From: Gemmatimonas phototrophica
GTDB lineage: Bacteria > Latescibacterota > UBA2968 > UBA8231
Assembly (NCBI GenBank): GCA_945861755.1
Contig: CAMAVQ010000004.1
Location: 15,086 to 79,085, forward strand
Reading direction: 5' to 3'
DNA length: 64,000 nucleotides
The stretch's first letter is position 1. Every line of letters begins with the position of its first letter. Below the pieces are notes generated by a model, which searched no databases, was not told the DNA's origin, and worked only from the letters and a program-made list of their open reading frames with translations. The position numbers and the translations under genes are program-made. Of this stretch, positions 54,940 to 64,000 are shown piece by piece.

Positions 54940-56070
54940 TCAGTTATCCTCTTGTCTGTTCGCTGCCGCCATGTTCAGGTAGACCTTTTCCTGATCGAGA
55001 GCGATCTGGGCCCAGTCAAAACGCCGCGCCCATTCCCGGCCCTGCCGGCCCAGGCGCTGCCGCAGCTCGGGCTGGTCGAGCAACTGCCGCATGCCCCCGG
55101 CCAAAGCCTCGGGCTGGCCGGCCTCCATCAACAATCCGGTCTCGCCCTCGCGCACCGCATCGCGCAGGCCGCTGACGCGGGTGCCCAGCACCGCCTTGCC
55201 GGCGGCCTGGGCCTCCACTGCCGCAATGCCCCAACCCTCGTAGCGCGAGGGCATACACAGGAAGAGGGCCTGGCGCAACAACTCGCACTTCTGGGTCTCG
55301 TCCACCGCGCCCAGCAGCTCCACCCGCTCCTCAATGCCGGCCTGGCGCACCAGTTGCCGCACCTGCGCCACGGCCTGGGATGCGCCGCGCCCAGCCATCT
55401 TGAGCTGGATCTGGGGATACTGGGCGGCCACCCGCGCAAAGGCGGCGATCAGGGTGTCCAGCCCCTTGGTGTGTACATCCATACGCCCGAAGTAGAGCAG
55501 GTAGGGTTGTTCTTCGGGTTCGAGGTCAAAGTAGCGGGCATCGACGCCGGTGTACACGCAGTCCACCTGCACTGGCCGGCCCGCCAAACGGCGCCGCACC
55601 TCCTCCTGCACGCTGGGGGAGATGGTCACCAGGTGGCGATACCCCCGCAGGGTGAGGGTTTCGGCCGCCCAGGCAACAATGCCCACCAGCGGGTGTTTGA
55701 CCAGCGCGTGGGCCCCGACGAAATGGTAAAAAAAAAGCAGGCCCCGGCGCCGCAGCCGCGCCTCGGGCCACAGCGGCGCAAAGGCCGAGAATTCGTGGAC
55801 CCACACATCCCATTCCTGCCGCCGCAGGCAGGCCAGGGCCTGGCGGCAATAGCTGAGGCGGCTGCGCATGTAACTGGCATCGCTGCCCACCCGCAGGAAA
55901 CGCACGCCTTCCTCCACCTCTTCGCGCGCCGCACCGGGAAAATTTCCGGTGACCACCGTGATCTGATGGCGTTCGGCCAGCCGGCGGTAAATCTCGCGCG
56001 CGCGCAGCGCACCCCCGCCCCCCAGCCAGGGGTTCTTGACGTCGTCGTAGATCAGGTGGCAGATCTTCAC
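54940..56070 (-). CDS. GT4 (GT-B, group 1) glycosyltransferase
   Basis: 376 aa. GGGGALRAREI N-terminus. C-terminal ...PSRYEGWGIAAVEAQAAGKAVLGTRVSGLRDAV (EX7E motif). Confidence 0.85.
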   Translation of the reverse strand: MKICHLIYDDVKNPWLGGGGALRAREIYRRLAERHQITVVTGNFPGAAREEVEEGVRFLRVGSDASYMRSRLSYCRQALACLRRQEWDVWVHEFSAFAPLWPEARLRRRGLLFFYHFVGAHALVKHPLVGIVAWAAETLTLRGYRHLVTISPSVQEEVRRRLAGRPVQVDCVYTGVDARYFDLEPEEQPYLLYFGRMDVHTKGLDTLIAAFARVAAQYPQIQLKMAGRGASQAVAQVRQLVRQAGIEERVELLGAVDETQKCELLRQALFLCMPSRYEGWGIAAVEAQAAGKAVLGTRVSGLRDAVREGETGLLMEAGQPEALAGGMRQLLDQPELRQRLGRQGREWARRFDWAQIALDQEKVYLNMAAANRQEDN

Positions 56071-56079
56071 GCCGGCGGG

Positions 56080-56670
56080 CTAGAGGACGCCCTTGGTCGA
56101 GGGCACGCCCTGCTCCCCCGGCCGCTGGGCCACGGCCTGGGCCAGGGCGCGACCGCAGGCTTTGAAGAGGGCCTCGATGCCGTGGTGGTCATCGCTGCCG
56201 CGCAACAGATCCAGATGCAGATTCATGCGGGCCTGGTCGGCCAGGGCGCGCATAAACTCGCGCACCAGGCCCACCGGCAGGCCGCCCACTTGCGGGCCGT
56301 GGAAAGCCGCCTGCAGCACCAGGTACGGCCGGCCCGACAAATCGATCACCGCCCGGGCCAGGGCCTCGTCCATGGGCACATAGCTGTGGCCGAAGCGCTG
56401 GATGCCGGCCTTGTCGCCCAGGGCCAGGGCGATGGCCTGCCCCAGGCAGATGCCCACGTCTTCCACGGTGTGGTGGGGGTCCACGTGTAAGTCGCCGCGG
56501 CATTTGAGTTTTAGGTCGAAGAGCCCGTGGCGGGCAAAGGCGGTGAGCATGTGATCGAAGAAGCCGATGCCCGTATCGATCTGAAGCTGCCCGCTTCCGT
56601 CCAGGCCCAACTCCACTTCGATGTCGGTCTCGCTGGTCCGGCGCTGTACGCGGCCGATGCGCTGGCTCAT
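56080..56670 (-). CDS. hisB: Imidazoleglycerol-phosphate dehydratase
   Basis: 196 aa. RTSETDI, GIGFFDHML, DLHVDPHHTVEDVGI, HHGIEALFKA. Confidence 0.93.
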   Translation of the reverse strand: MSQRIGRVQRRTSETDIEVELGLDGSGQLQIDTGIGFFDHMLTAFARHGLFDLKLKCRGDLHVDPHHTVEDVGICLGQAIALALGDKAGIQRFGHSYVPMDEALARAVIDLSGRPYLVLQAAFHGPQVGGLPVGLVREFMRALADQARMNLHLDLLRGSDDHHGIEALFKACGRALAQAVAQRPGEQGVPSTKGVL

Positions 56671-57980
56671 GGCTTGCTCCTGTAATCTTCTAGGCGGAGG
56701 CGCACGGCCTCGGCGTGGGCGGCAAACCCCTCAGCCTCAGCCAGGCGGATGATCTGCTCGCCCACCTTGGCCAGCCGGGCCGGGGTGTAGGCGACAATAC
56801 TGGTGGTCTTGAGGAAATCCCCCACTCCCAGCGAAGAGGCAAAGCGGGCCGCCCCGTTGGTGGGCAACACGTGGTTGGTGCCGGCAAAGTAGTCGCCCAC
56901 CGGCTCAGTAGAAGCCGACCCTAGGAAGAGGGCGCCGGCGTTTTTGACCTGGTCCACCCAGCTCCAGGGGTCCTGCACCAGCAATTCGGCGTGTTCGGGG
57001 GCCAGCCGGTTGAGCAGTTCGATGCCGGTCTGCAGATTGGGCACCACCACCAGGGCCCCAAAGTTTTCCAGCGCCTTCCCGGCGGCCTCGGCGCGGGGCA
57101 GGCGGGTCAACTGCTCTTCCACCGCCTGCTGCACCTGGGCAGCCAGCGCTGCCGAAGGCGTGATACAGACCACGGCCTCGAAACCGCTGCCATGTTCGGC
57201 CTGAGAGAGCAGGTCGGCGGCCACATAACGCGGGTCGGCCTGCGCATCGGCCAGCACCACTAGCTCCGAGGGGCCGGGGATCATCTCGATGCCCACCACC
57301 CCGTACACTTGTTGCTTAGCCGCCACCGTGTACAGACTGCCCGGCCCGACGATCTTGTGCACGCCTTTGACGGTGGCCGTGCCAAAGGCCATGGCCCCCA
57401 CCGCCTGCGCCCCACCCAGGCCGTAGACCTCGGTGAGGCCCAGCAGCTGCGCCGTGGCCAGGATGGTGGGATGGGGCCGGCCATCGGCCTGCGGGGGAGA
57501 GACCACACACAACTCCGGCACGCCGGCCACCTGGGCGGGGATAGCCGCCATCAGCAGGCTGGAGAAGAGCGGCGCCTGGCCACCGGGCACACAAATGCCC
57601 ACCCGGCCGATGGGCAACACCTTCTTGCCCAGGATCACCCCGTCGCCGTCCTCCATGAACCACGAGTTGAGCCGCTGCCGCTCGTGGAAGGCGCGGATAT
57701 TGGCCGCTGCTGCCTCGATGGCCTGCCGCAGCTCCGGGTCCAGCGCCGCCAGTGCCGCTGCCAACGCCGCCGCTGGCACGCGGAATTGCTCGGGCCGCAA
57801 CCGCACCCGGTCGAACTTCTCGGTGAACTCGGCCAGGGCCTCGTCCCCGCGTGTGCGTACCGCTGCCAACACCTGGCGCACTGCCTGTTCGACCTCGGCG
57901 GGCACGCCGCCGCTGCGGTCGAGGATGGCCTGGAGTTTGGCCGGCAGGGGCGTGGCCGGGTAGGAGAGGATCTCGATCAA
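56667..57980 (-). CDS. hisD: Histidinol dehydrogenase
   Basis: 437 aa. PGGQAPLFSSLLM, IVGPGSLYTVAAK, GPSE, SQAEHG, GDYFAGTNHVLPT. Confidence 0.93.
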   Translation of the reverse strand: MIEILSYPATPLPAKLQAILDRSGGVPAEVEQAVRQVLAAVRTRGDEALAEFTEKFDRVRLRPEQFRVPAAALAAALAALDPELRQAIEAAAANIRAFHERQRLNSWFMEDGDGVILGKKVLPIGRVGICVPGGQAPLFSSLLMAAIPAQVAGVPELCVVSPPQADGRPHPTILATAQLLGLTEVYGLGGAQAVGAMAFGTATVKGVHKIVGPGSLYTVAAKQQVYGVVGIEMIPGPSELVVLADAQADPRYVAADLLSQAEHGSGFEAVVCITPSAALAAQVQQAVEEQLTRLPRAEAAGKALENFGALVVVPNLQTGIELLNRLAPEHAELLVQDPWSWVDQVKNAGALFLGSASTEPVGDYFAGTNHVLPTNGAARFASSLGVGDFLKTTSIVAYTPARLAKVGEQIIRLAEAEGFAAHAEAVRLRLEDYRSKP

Positions 57981-57982
57981 GG

Positions 57983-58861
57983 TCAGTACACCACTTTGTT
58001 GAGCGGGTACTCGATGATGCCTTCGGCGCCGCTCTTCTTCAACTGCGGGATCAGGTCGCGCACCACCTTCTCGTCGGTGATGATCTCCAGCGCCACCCAG
58101 TCTGGGTCGGACTGGCCGGAAATTGTGGGGGTATGCAGGGCCGGCAACTGGGCCATCACCTCATCGAGTTTGCTGCGCGGCACATTCATCTTGAGGCCCA
58201 CCTTGGCTTCGGCCTCCAGGGCCCCCTTGAGCAGCAGGAGCAGGTTCTGGGCCTTCTCCCTTTTCCAAGCAACCTCCCAGGAAGCCCGGTTGGCAATGAG
58301 GCGGGTGGTGGACTCGAACATGGTCTCGAGGATCCTCAGGCGATTGGCCCGCAGCGAGGAACCGGTCTCCGTGCCGTCGACAATGGCATCTGCTAGGCCG
58401 GGGATATTGGCCTTGACCTCGGTGGTGCCCCAGGAGAACTCGATCTGGGCCTCGACGCCGCGCTCTGCCAGGAAACGGCGGGTGACGCCCGGCAGTTCCG
58501 TGGCGATGCGTTTGCCCTGGAGGTCTTCGACCTTCTGGATCGGCGAGTCCTCGGGCACGGCGATCACCCAGCGGTAGGGCCTTGAGCTGGTCTTGCTGTA
58601 GACCAACTCGGCCACTTCCACCACTTGGGCACTACTCTCCAGAATACAGTCCTTGCCGCTCAGGCCCACGTCCACCACCCCGCGCTCCACGTACTGGGGA
58701 ATTTCCTGGGCGCGGAACATCAGGCCCTCCAGTTCGGGATCGTCGATCTCGGGCACATAGGAGCGGGAGGGGAGACGCACATTGTATCCCGCTTTGGCAA
58801 AGAGCTTAAAAGTGGCCTCCTGCAGACTGCCTGAGGGAAAAGCAATTTTCAACACGTTCAT
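57983..58861 (-). CDS. hisG: ATP phosphoribosyltransferase, long form
   Basis: ATG 58861 (MNVLKIAFPSGSLQEAT). GLSGKDCILE, DGTETGSSLRAN, and a C-terminal regulatory domain. Confidence 0.88.
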   Translation of the reverse strand: MNVLKIAFPSGSLQEATFKLFAKAGYNVRLPSRSYVPEIDDPELEGLMFRAQEIPQYVERGVVDVGLSGKDCILESSAQVVEVAELVYSKTSSRPYRWVIAVPEDSPIQKVEDLQGKRIATELPGVTRRFLAERGVEAQIEFSWGTTEVKANIPGLADAIVDGTETGSSLRANRLRILETMFESTTRLIANRASWEVAWKREKAQNLLLLLKGALEAEAKVGLKMNVPRSKLDEVMAQLPALHTPTISGQSDPDWVALEIITDEKVVRDLIPQLKKSGAEGIIEYPLNKVVY

Positions 58862-59012
58862 GACATCACTTCTGCGAGAGGGGGGCGTCGATTGAAAAGA
58901 GTCTCTAAAGATAAAGAACCTCACTGGTTTCCGTCCATTTCGGCCTCGCGACTAACTCAATGTGCCAAGACGTCTTTCCTGGTCGCCGTAGCTGCCAGTA
59001 CGAGTTCGACGC

Positions 59013-61949
59013 TTACCTGCCGGCAGGCACTTCGCCCGCCTCTTCTTTTCGGCAGCGCTCCAGCGCCGAACGGGCCACCAGGGCCCAGCCCGATTTACTG
59101 TAGTCCTCGCTGAGGCGCTGGTAATAGGGCCGGGCCTGGGCGCAGCCGCCGGCCTTTTCGCCCAGTTCGGCCAGTCGCCCCAACGCTTCGTCGGCCAGTT
59201 CGTGGTCGGGGTGTTTGGTCACCAACTGTTTCAGTCGCTCCACCGCGCCCTTGTTATCCCCCTGCTGCTCGGCCACCCGCGCCAGATAGAAGAGCCCCTG
59301 GGCTTCGGGGTCCTCCCCCTGGATCAGCAGTTGGGAGAAAAACTGGGCGGCCTCGGCCGGGTGGCCCTGCTGCATCTGAAAGCGGCCCTGGCGCAGGTAG
59401 GCTTCGGCGGTGCGGTGGTTCCAGGGCAGATGGGTGATCTGCTGGTACAGGTCCTGGGCCAGGGTATCGGCAGAGATGCGCTCGGCCTGGCCCGCCTGGG
59501 CAAAGAGCCCTTCGGCCTCGCCCAGAAAACGGGTTTCCCCGGTGAAGTACTCACTCAGCCTGAGGGTGTCGGCAAAAACCAGGAAGAGCCCCACCGGGCT
59601 GTTGAGCCGGCCCAGGGTCTGGGGGGCCAGCTCACCGGCCGACAACTGGAGGTGCGCTGCATCCACCTCGATCTCATCCCAGGCCGGGTCCACGCTCATC
59701 CAATAGCCCACGTACACCTCGGCCCACAAGTGGGGGATAAGCATGCCCGAAGGCGAAGCCACCAGGCCGGCGCAGGCCCGGGCCGGGAGGCCGGCAGCCC
59801 GGCACAGCGAAATAAAGAGCACGGTGTACTCGCTGCAAGTGCCCTCCATCTCCGCCAGGATCTCTGCGGTGGATTTGAAACGCACGGCGGTTTCCCCGGG
59901 GGTCATCCGGTCGTAGACCCAGCGCTGCAAGCGCAGGGCCACCTGCCAGGCGTCGCGTTCCTGCCCCCGTAGCTCCAGGGCCAGTTCCCGGATGCGGGGA
60001 TCATCTGACTGGATGTAGAGCGAAGGCTGGAGGAAAGGCGCCAGCTCCGGTTTGAGGATGGGCAGCCGGACCGCATCCCGGTGGCGGTCTTCCTGCCGCT
60101 GCACCGCCAGGCGCACTTTGCCGTCCATGCCCTCCACCACCTGCTGGCGCTGGTCCTGGACCACCAGCGAACCCAGCAGGTGGGAGGGCAGTTCCAGGAC
60201 CAGCCGCTCGACCTTGGCGGGGGTCGGCACCGGATAGTCGAGGTAGGTTTCCTTGACCGGCCCGGGCATGCCCCAGGCGCAGGCTCGGGCTGCGTCCACC
60301 CGCGCCTCCTCGTCGCCCGTCAGTGGCACCTGGCGGTGTATCTGCCGGCCCTGCGCATCCAGCCAGCAGAGCACATCGCCGCTCCCGGGCTCGGACCCCA
60401 GGCGCGCCAAGAGCAGGGCCTCGCCTTCGCCCGCTTCAAAGTTTATATAGAGGGTGCCGGTGGTCTCGGAGGTGGGGTCGAAGATGCGCAGGGAATCCTG
60501 CCGGCCCACCTGGGCCCGGCCCTCCCGGACCAGCTTGAGCAGGGCCACCTCGGCCAGCACCGCCCCGGTTTCAGTGGTCACCTGGCGCGGTACGGTCTGC
60601 CCTGCTAAATGCTGTTCCAGGCGCACCTGGTCTCCATCCCAGGCCCCCACTACTTCTAGCAGCTGACCCTCTTCGCGGCGCTGCTCCACAAAGGCCAGGG
60701 GCCGGTACACTAGGTCGGTCCACAGTTCAAAGCGCCGGCGCACAAAACCTCCGGCCCAGGACACTTCCTCTTCCAAAAAGTGCCAGCCCACGGTATCCTG
60801 AAAGCGGTCGGAGCGCAGCGTCTGATGCTTGTACCCGGTCTTGGCACCCCGCCCGAAAACCTCCTGCCAGTTCTCCCACGCCGCCTCCTGGGTCGGAGGC
60901 ATGGGCGGGGGCACGCGAAATGCGTAGAGGTATCCATCCACCGCGCCAGCAAAGAGCCAGGAACCCGCCGCTTGCAGATAAAGCCCGCCTCTGGCCAAGA
61001 TCTGTTGACGCCACAGCAGACGCCCGGTGCGGGGCTCCAGGGCCAGAATCTGCCCCTGGTCGGTGGCCACCAGCACCTCGCCGGCCGGGCCCAGGACCAG
61101 CGGGCCAGAACCCTTGGCCTCCAGCGCAAAACGCCACTTCACCTCGCCCCTGCCCGGCTCCAGGCCGTAGACCCAGCCATTGCCGGCCAGGCAGACCAGC
61201 CGGCCCTGGGTCCAGACTGGATCGGTCTGCAGCGGGGCGCCCAGGCGCTGCTGCCAGAGAGAGGCCAGGCTCTGCCGGCGATACGCCCGCACATAGCCGT
61301 CTTCGCAGCCCACCACCAGCTGGTCTTCGGCGCCCACCGGCCCGACTACCACCGGCGACTGGGTGTCGGCCTGGCCCAGCCGGACGCCACTGGTCAGGTC
61401 TAGGGACAAGAGTTGGCCCGAACGGGCCGCCGTATAGAGCTGCCCCTGGCTGGCCCAGGGTCTGGAGGGCAGGGAATCTCCGGTATAGAGCCGCCAGGCC
61501 TCGCTCCCATCGGTGGCAGCAAGGGCGTAGAGCCAGCCGTCGGCACTGCCCAGAAAACAGCGACCCGCCTCGACCACCGCGCCGGCCTCGCCCCAGCCCT
61601 GCCGCTGCGTGCTCCACAGAGGCGCCCCGGCGCTGGCCTCCAGCAATTCCACCCGTCCCCAGGTATCGGCCAATAACACCTGGCCACCGGCCAGAACCAG
61701 GGGCCGGCGCAAAGGGCCATATCCGCGCCGCTGCCACACCTGCGTCCCGTCCTGCAGGCGCAGCGCACTCACCAGGCCCTCGCCCTCGCCCGCATAGATC
61801 AGCGAATCCCCCAGGGCCAGGGCCGTGGCCGGCGTGCGGGTGAAGTGTTTCCACTGCAGGGTGTAGGGAAAAGACTCCTGGGCCGCGCCGATTCCGCTCG
61901 TCAATAAGACTACCCCCAAGAGTACCGCCCAACAAAGGCCCCCGATCAT
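59013..61949 (-). CDS. Secreted 978-aa multidomain protein: PQQ-like beta-propeller + uncharacterised middle region + transglutaminase-like core + C-terminal TPR
   Basis: Signal peptide MIGGLCWAVLLGVVLLTSGIGAA. Repeated ...G.L.ALD..TG...W strands over the first ~340 aa. GTCSEYTVLFISLCRAAGLPAR...HLWAEVYV...SVDP is a Cys-His-Asp transglutaminase core. TPR-like helices follow at the C-terminus. Confidence 0.75.
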   Translation of the reverse strand: MIGGLCWAVLLGVVLLTSGIGAAQESFPYTLQWKHFTRTPATALALGDSLIYAGEGEGLVSALRLQDGTQVWQRRGYGPLRRPLVLAGGQVLLADTWGRVELLEASAGAPLWSTQRQGWGEAGAVVEAGRCFLGSADGWLYALAATDGSEAWRLYTGDSLPSRPWASQGQLYTAARSGQLLSLDLTSGVRLGQADTQSPVVVGPVGAEDQLVVGCEDGYVRAYRRQSLASLWQQRLGAPLQTDPVWTQGRLVCLAGNGWVYGLEPGRGEVKWRFALEAKGSGPLVLGPAGEVLVATDQGQILALEPRTGRLLWRQQILARGGLYLQAAGSWLFAGAVDGYLYAFRVPPPMPPTQEAAWENWQEVFGRGAKTGYKHQTLRSDRFQDTVGWHFLEEEVSWAGGFVRRRFELWTDLVYRPLAFVEQRREEGQLLEVVGAWDGDQVRLEQHLAGQTVPRQVTTETGAVLAEVALLKLVREGRAQVGRQDSLRIFDPTSETTGTLYINFEAGEGEALLLARLGSEPGSGDVLCWLDAQGRQIHRQVPLTGDEEARVDAARACAWGMPGPVKETYLDYPVPTPAKVERLVLELPSHLLGSLVVQDQRQQVVEGMDGKVRLAVQRQEDRHRDAVRLPILKPELAPFLQPSLYIQSDDPRIRELALELRGQERDAWQVALRLQRWVYDRMTPGETAVRFKSTAEILAEMEGTCSEYTVLFISLCRAAGLPARACAGLVASPSGMLIPHLWAEVYVGYWMSVDPAWDEIEVDAAHLQLSAGELAPQTLGRLNSPVGLFLVFADTLRLSEYFTGETRFLGEAEGLFAQAGQAERISADTLAQDLYQQITHLPWNHRTAEAYLRQGRFQMQQGHPAEAAQFFSQLLIQGEDPEAQGLFYLARVAEQQGDNKGAVERLKQLVTKHPDHELADEALGRLAELGEKAGGCAQARPYYQRLSEDYSKSGWALVARSALERCRKEEAGEVPAGR

Positions 61950-62947
61950 TCATTTACCTCCTCGTAATGAGCGTCTGCCCGCACGACCACCGCATCGCTG
62001 CCAAAAGGATAGACATACCCCCAGAACAGGGCCCCGACCAGCACCACGGCCAGATAATATCCCAACAGACGTCTGCCGAATACCGCCCCCAGCGCCGCCA
62101 GGGTGGGGAATTTGGTGGCCGGGCCGGCGATGAAAAAAGCCAGCGCCGCCCCCTGACTCATGCCCATCTCCATCATGATCTGGACAATGGGGATGGTCCC
62201 GCCGCCGCAGGCGTAGAGCGGCACCCCCATGCCCACGGCCAGAGGCACCCCCCACTGGCTGCCCGGCCCCAGCCACTGGCGCACCAGCTCGGCTGAAAGA
62301 AAGGTCTTGGTGAGGGCGGCGATAAAGATCCCGAGGGCAAAGAACTTACCGATGAACACCAGATCCTTGCCCAGGCGACGGCCCAAGGTCTTCAACTCCG
62401 CCACCAGGGGGTGGTCCCCCCCACTCACTCCTCCCGGCGCCGGATCGAGGGCTAGTCCGGAGAAATCGAGCAGACCCCGCCGCATTGCCATCTGGGTGCC
62501 CAGCCCGGCGACTATGCCCAGGCTGAAGGCGGTGAGCACCCGGGCCAAGGCCATCTCCCAGCCCAGAACACCGGCAGTAAATACAAATAAAGCGGGGTTC
62601 ATCAGGGGGGAGGCCACCAGGAAGGCCACTAAGGGTGCGGCCGGAGCGCCGGCGGCCAGCAAGCTGCCCACCACCGGAATGGCGGCAAAGGTGCACAGCG
62701 GCGAGACCAGGGCCAGCACTGCGGCGACCAGGATGGACCCTCGCCTAGACAGGACCCGGCCCACCTGGCCCCGGGGCAGGAAGCGCCAGGCCAGGGTGCT
62801 GAGGAGGGCCCCGATCAGCACAAAGTACCACATCTGCCCCACCAAGTCCCAGCACACGGACAGGATGCGACCGGTGTAGGTGTCCTGAAAGGCGCTCTGC
62901 ACGGCGCCCAGCAAACGCAGGAGGGGACGCCACAGGGTTTCCAGCAT
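61946..62947 (-). CDS. Permease, DUF318/ArsP-like family
   Basis: 333 aa, about 8-10 TM helices. VPLYACGGGTIPIV...ALAFFIAGPATK resembles the DUF318 signature region. Confidence 0.65.
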   Translation of the reverse strand: MLETLWRPLLRLLGAVQSAFQDTYTGRILSVCWDLVGQMWYFVLIGALLSTLAWRFLPRGQVGRVLSRRGSILVAAVLALVSPLCTFAAIPVVGSLLAAGAPAAPLVAFLVASPLMNPALFVFTAGVLGWEMALARVLTAFSLGIVAGLGTQMAMRRGLLDFSGLALDPAPGGVSGGDHPLVAELKTLGRRLGKDLVFIGKFFALGIFIAALTKTFLSAELVRQWLGPGSQWGVPLAVGMGVPLYACGGGTIPIVQIMMEMGMSQGAALAFFIAGPATKFPTLAALGAVFGRRLLGYYLAVVLVGALFWGYVYPFGSDAVVVRADAHYEEVNE

Positions 62948-63055
62948 GGTTAGAGTGTATGGGCAACATCTGGTTGTGACAATATCTCCACATTGATAAT
63001 CAGCTATTCCAATATATATTTATATCCTCTTACCCCGACCCTTAGGAGGCGCGCA

Positions 63056-64000
63056 TTGATCCGACTTTTCTGGCTCTGCTCACTGCTGCTCCTGCCGGCG
63101 CGCTGGGCCCAAGCCCAGACCCCGGAGGCCGCCGAACACTACCGGGCCGGCTACCAGCTGCTCCAGGCCCAGAACTTCCGCAACGCCGCCCTCGAATTTG
63201 AACGCGCCGTGGCCGCCGACTCCACCTACGGCGACGCCTTTTATGCCCTGGGCAAAGCCTACAAAGCCCTGGGAGACTACGACAAGGCCGTCAGGGCTCT
63301 GGAGGCGGCCGGCCGCCAGACCCTCTCCCAACCCAGCGCCAAAGACCGGCTGCCCGCCGAACTTTCCGAGACCTACCAGAAGTCTGCCGCCAAACTCTTC
63401 GAGCAGCGCAACTACCAGGAGGCCATCTCTGGTTTCGAGAAGTCCCTGGCCATCAACCCCAAGAATGCCAAGGCCCACTACGGCCTGGGGGTGTGCTACG
63501 GTCGCATGCGCAACACCGAGGCGGCCCGCCAGGCCTACACCAAAGCCATCGAGGTGGACCCTACCTACGCCAAGGCGTACAAAGCCCTGGGAGACCTCCA
63601 GCGGCAGAGCCGCAACTATGGCCCGGCAGCCGAGGCGTACCAAAAGGCCCTCTCGGTAGATTCGACCCTGTCGGACGCCTGGGGCGGCTGGGCCCGCTCC
63701 CAGATCGACAACCAGGACCCGGAAGGGGCCCTGAAAACCCTGGAAAAGGCCGTGGCGGTTGACCCCAAATACCAAGAGGGTTATCTGCTGATGGGCGCCA
63801 CCCTCAACGAGCTGGGCCGGCAGCAGGATGCCATCGAGCCGCTGCGCCGGGCCGTCGACCTACAGGGCAAGGACCCCGAAGCCCACTTCCGCCTGGCCGA
63901 GGCCTATTACGCCCTGGGGGACTATGCCAATGCCCTCAGCGCTGCCCAGAACGCCCTGCAGCACAAAAAAGACTATCATCCGGCCGAAGTGGTGCTGGCC
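63056..64000 (+). CDS. Secreted TPR-repeat protein (3' end beyond window)
   Basis: My translation from TTG 63056, 7 nt after AGGAGG: (M)IRLFWLCSLLLLPARWAQAQTPEAAEHYRAGYQLLQAQNFRNAALEFERAVAADSTYGDAFYALGKAYKALGDYDKAV... It continues as TPR units to position 64000 without a stop. It is absent from the ORF track because it is open-ended. Confidence 0.75.
   Translation, partial: MIRLFWLCSLLLLPARWAQAQTPEAAEHYRAGYQLLQAQNFRNAALEFERAVAADSTYGDAFYALGKAYKALGDYDKAVRALEAAGRQTLSQPSAKDRLPAELSETYQKSAAKLFEQRNYQEAISGFEKSLAINPKNAKAHYGLGVCYGRMRNTEAARQAYTKAIEVDPTYAKAYKALGDLQRQSRNYGPAAEAYQKALSVDSTLSDAWGGWARSQIDNQDPEGALKTLEKAVAVDPKYQEGYLLMGATLNELGRQQDAIEPLRRAVDLQGKDPEAHFRLAEAYYALGDYANALSAAQNALQHKKDYHPAEVVLA

Noticed and set aside
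57774-57789. TGGCAC-GCGGAA-TTGC on the plus strand inside hisD.
   Set aside because: The GG to GC spacing is one nucleotide too long. It lies inside and antisense to a conserved coding region with no upstream palindrome.
58862-59012. The region upstream of hisG, examined for a His-rich leader peptide, T-box or attenuator.
   Set aside because: There is no run of His codons in any short ORF. The only structure is a 10-bp palindrome (AAGACGTCTT), and there is no terminator-like hairpin with a T-run.
1-64000. A whole-window search for tRNA T-loop motifs, rRNA, CRISPR-like direct repeats, transposase, integrase or phage genes, and toxin-antitoxin pairs.
   Set aside because: None were recognised. 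The only repeated non-coding element found is the TCGACC-N4-GGTCGA palindrome family reported above.

Overview
High-GC (about 65%, judged by eye) bacterial chromosomal window with roughly 60 protein-coding genes, mostly tightly packed and often joined by ATGA/GTGA overlaps. I saw no rRNA, tRNA, CRISPR array, transposase or integrase. Left to right: (1) a minus-strand signalling operon (HTH-REC, PAS histidine kinase, REC-HDOD, REC-GAF, FapA/DUF342). (2) Housekeeping and miscellaneous enzymes (phosphohexomutase, ZapA, CYTH, Ldh_2, quinone oxidoreductase, C45 Ntn-hydrolase, M14 peptidase, GT39-like membrane protein, PHP). (3) A decayed TonB-dependent-receptor ORF fused in frame to a lipoprotein-like domain. 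(4) rmlD plus two GT2 genes, an S41 protease and a small FtsX/ABC pair. (5) The most unusual part, 26.4-32.6 kb: two convergent envelope operons (EF-hand-like DxDxDG-repeat protein plus beta-barrel, versus ZraP/Spy-like chaperone, DUF3300-like protein, micro-ORF, Gly/Met-tailed lipoprotein and a ZraS/AtoS-like kinase). They sit behind two nearly identical sigma54 -24/-12 promoters, each with the same TCGACC-N4-GGTCGA palindrome 109.5 bp upstream. No enhancer-binding activator is encoded nearby, and the kinase is cut off inside its ATPase domain. (6) A Trp-leader-peptide attenuator followed by a long aromatic operon: trpE(G), tautomerase fragment, trpD, trpC, trpS, chorismate mutase, tyrA, an EPSP-synthase homolog that has lost essentially all catalytic motifs, a 46-aa membrane micro-ORF, aroE, hypothetical, argS, Zn-ribbon micro-ORF, aroK, aroB, then rimO and DUF971. 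(7) A surface-glycan cluster (rfaE-II, GT2, Wzx, YfhO, GT4), hisGDB, a 978-aa PQQ-propeller/transglutaminase/TPR protein, a DUF318 permease and a TPR protein. Family calls come from motif recognition by eye, with no database search. Start codons were chosen from RBS and overlap context.
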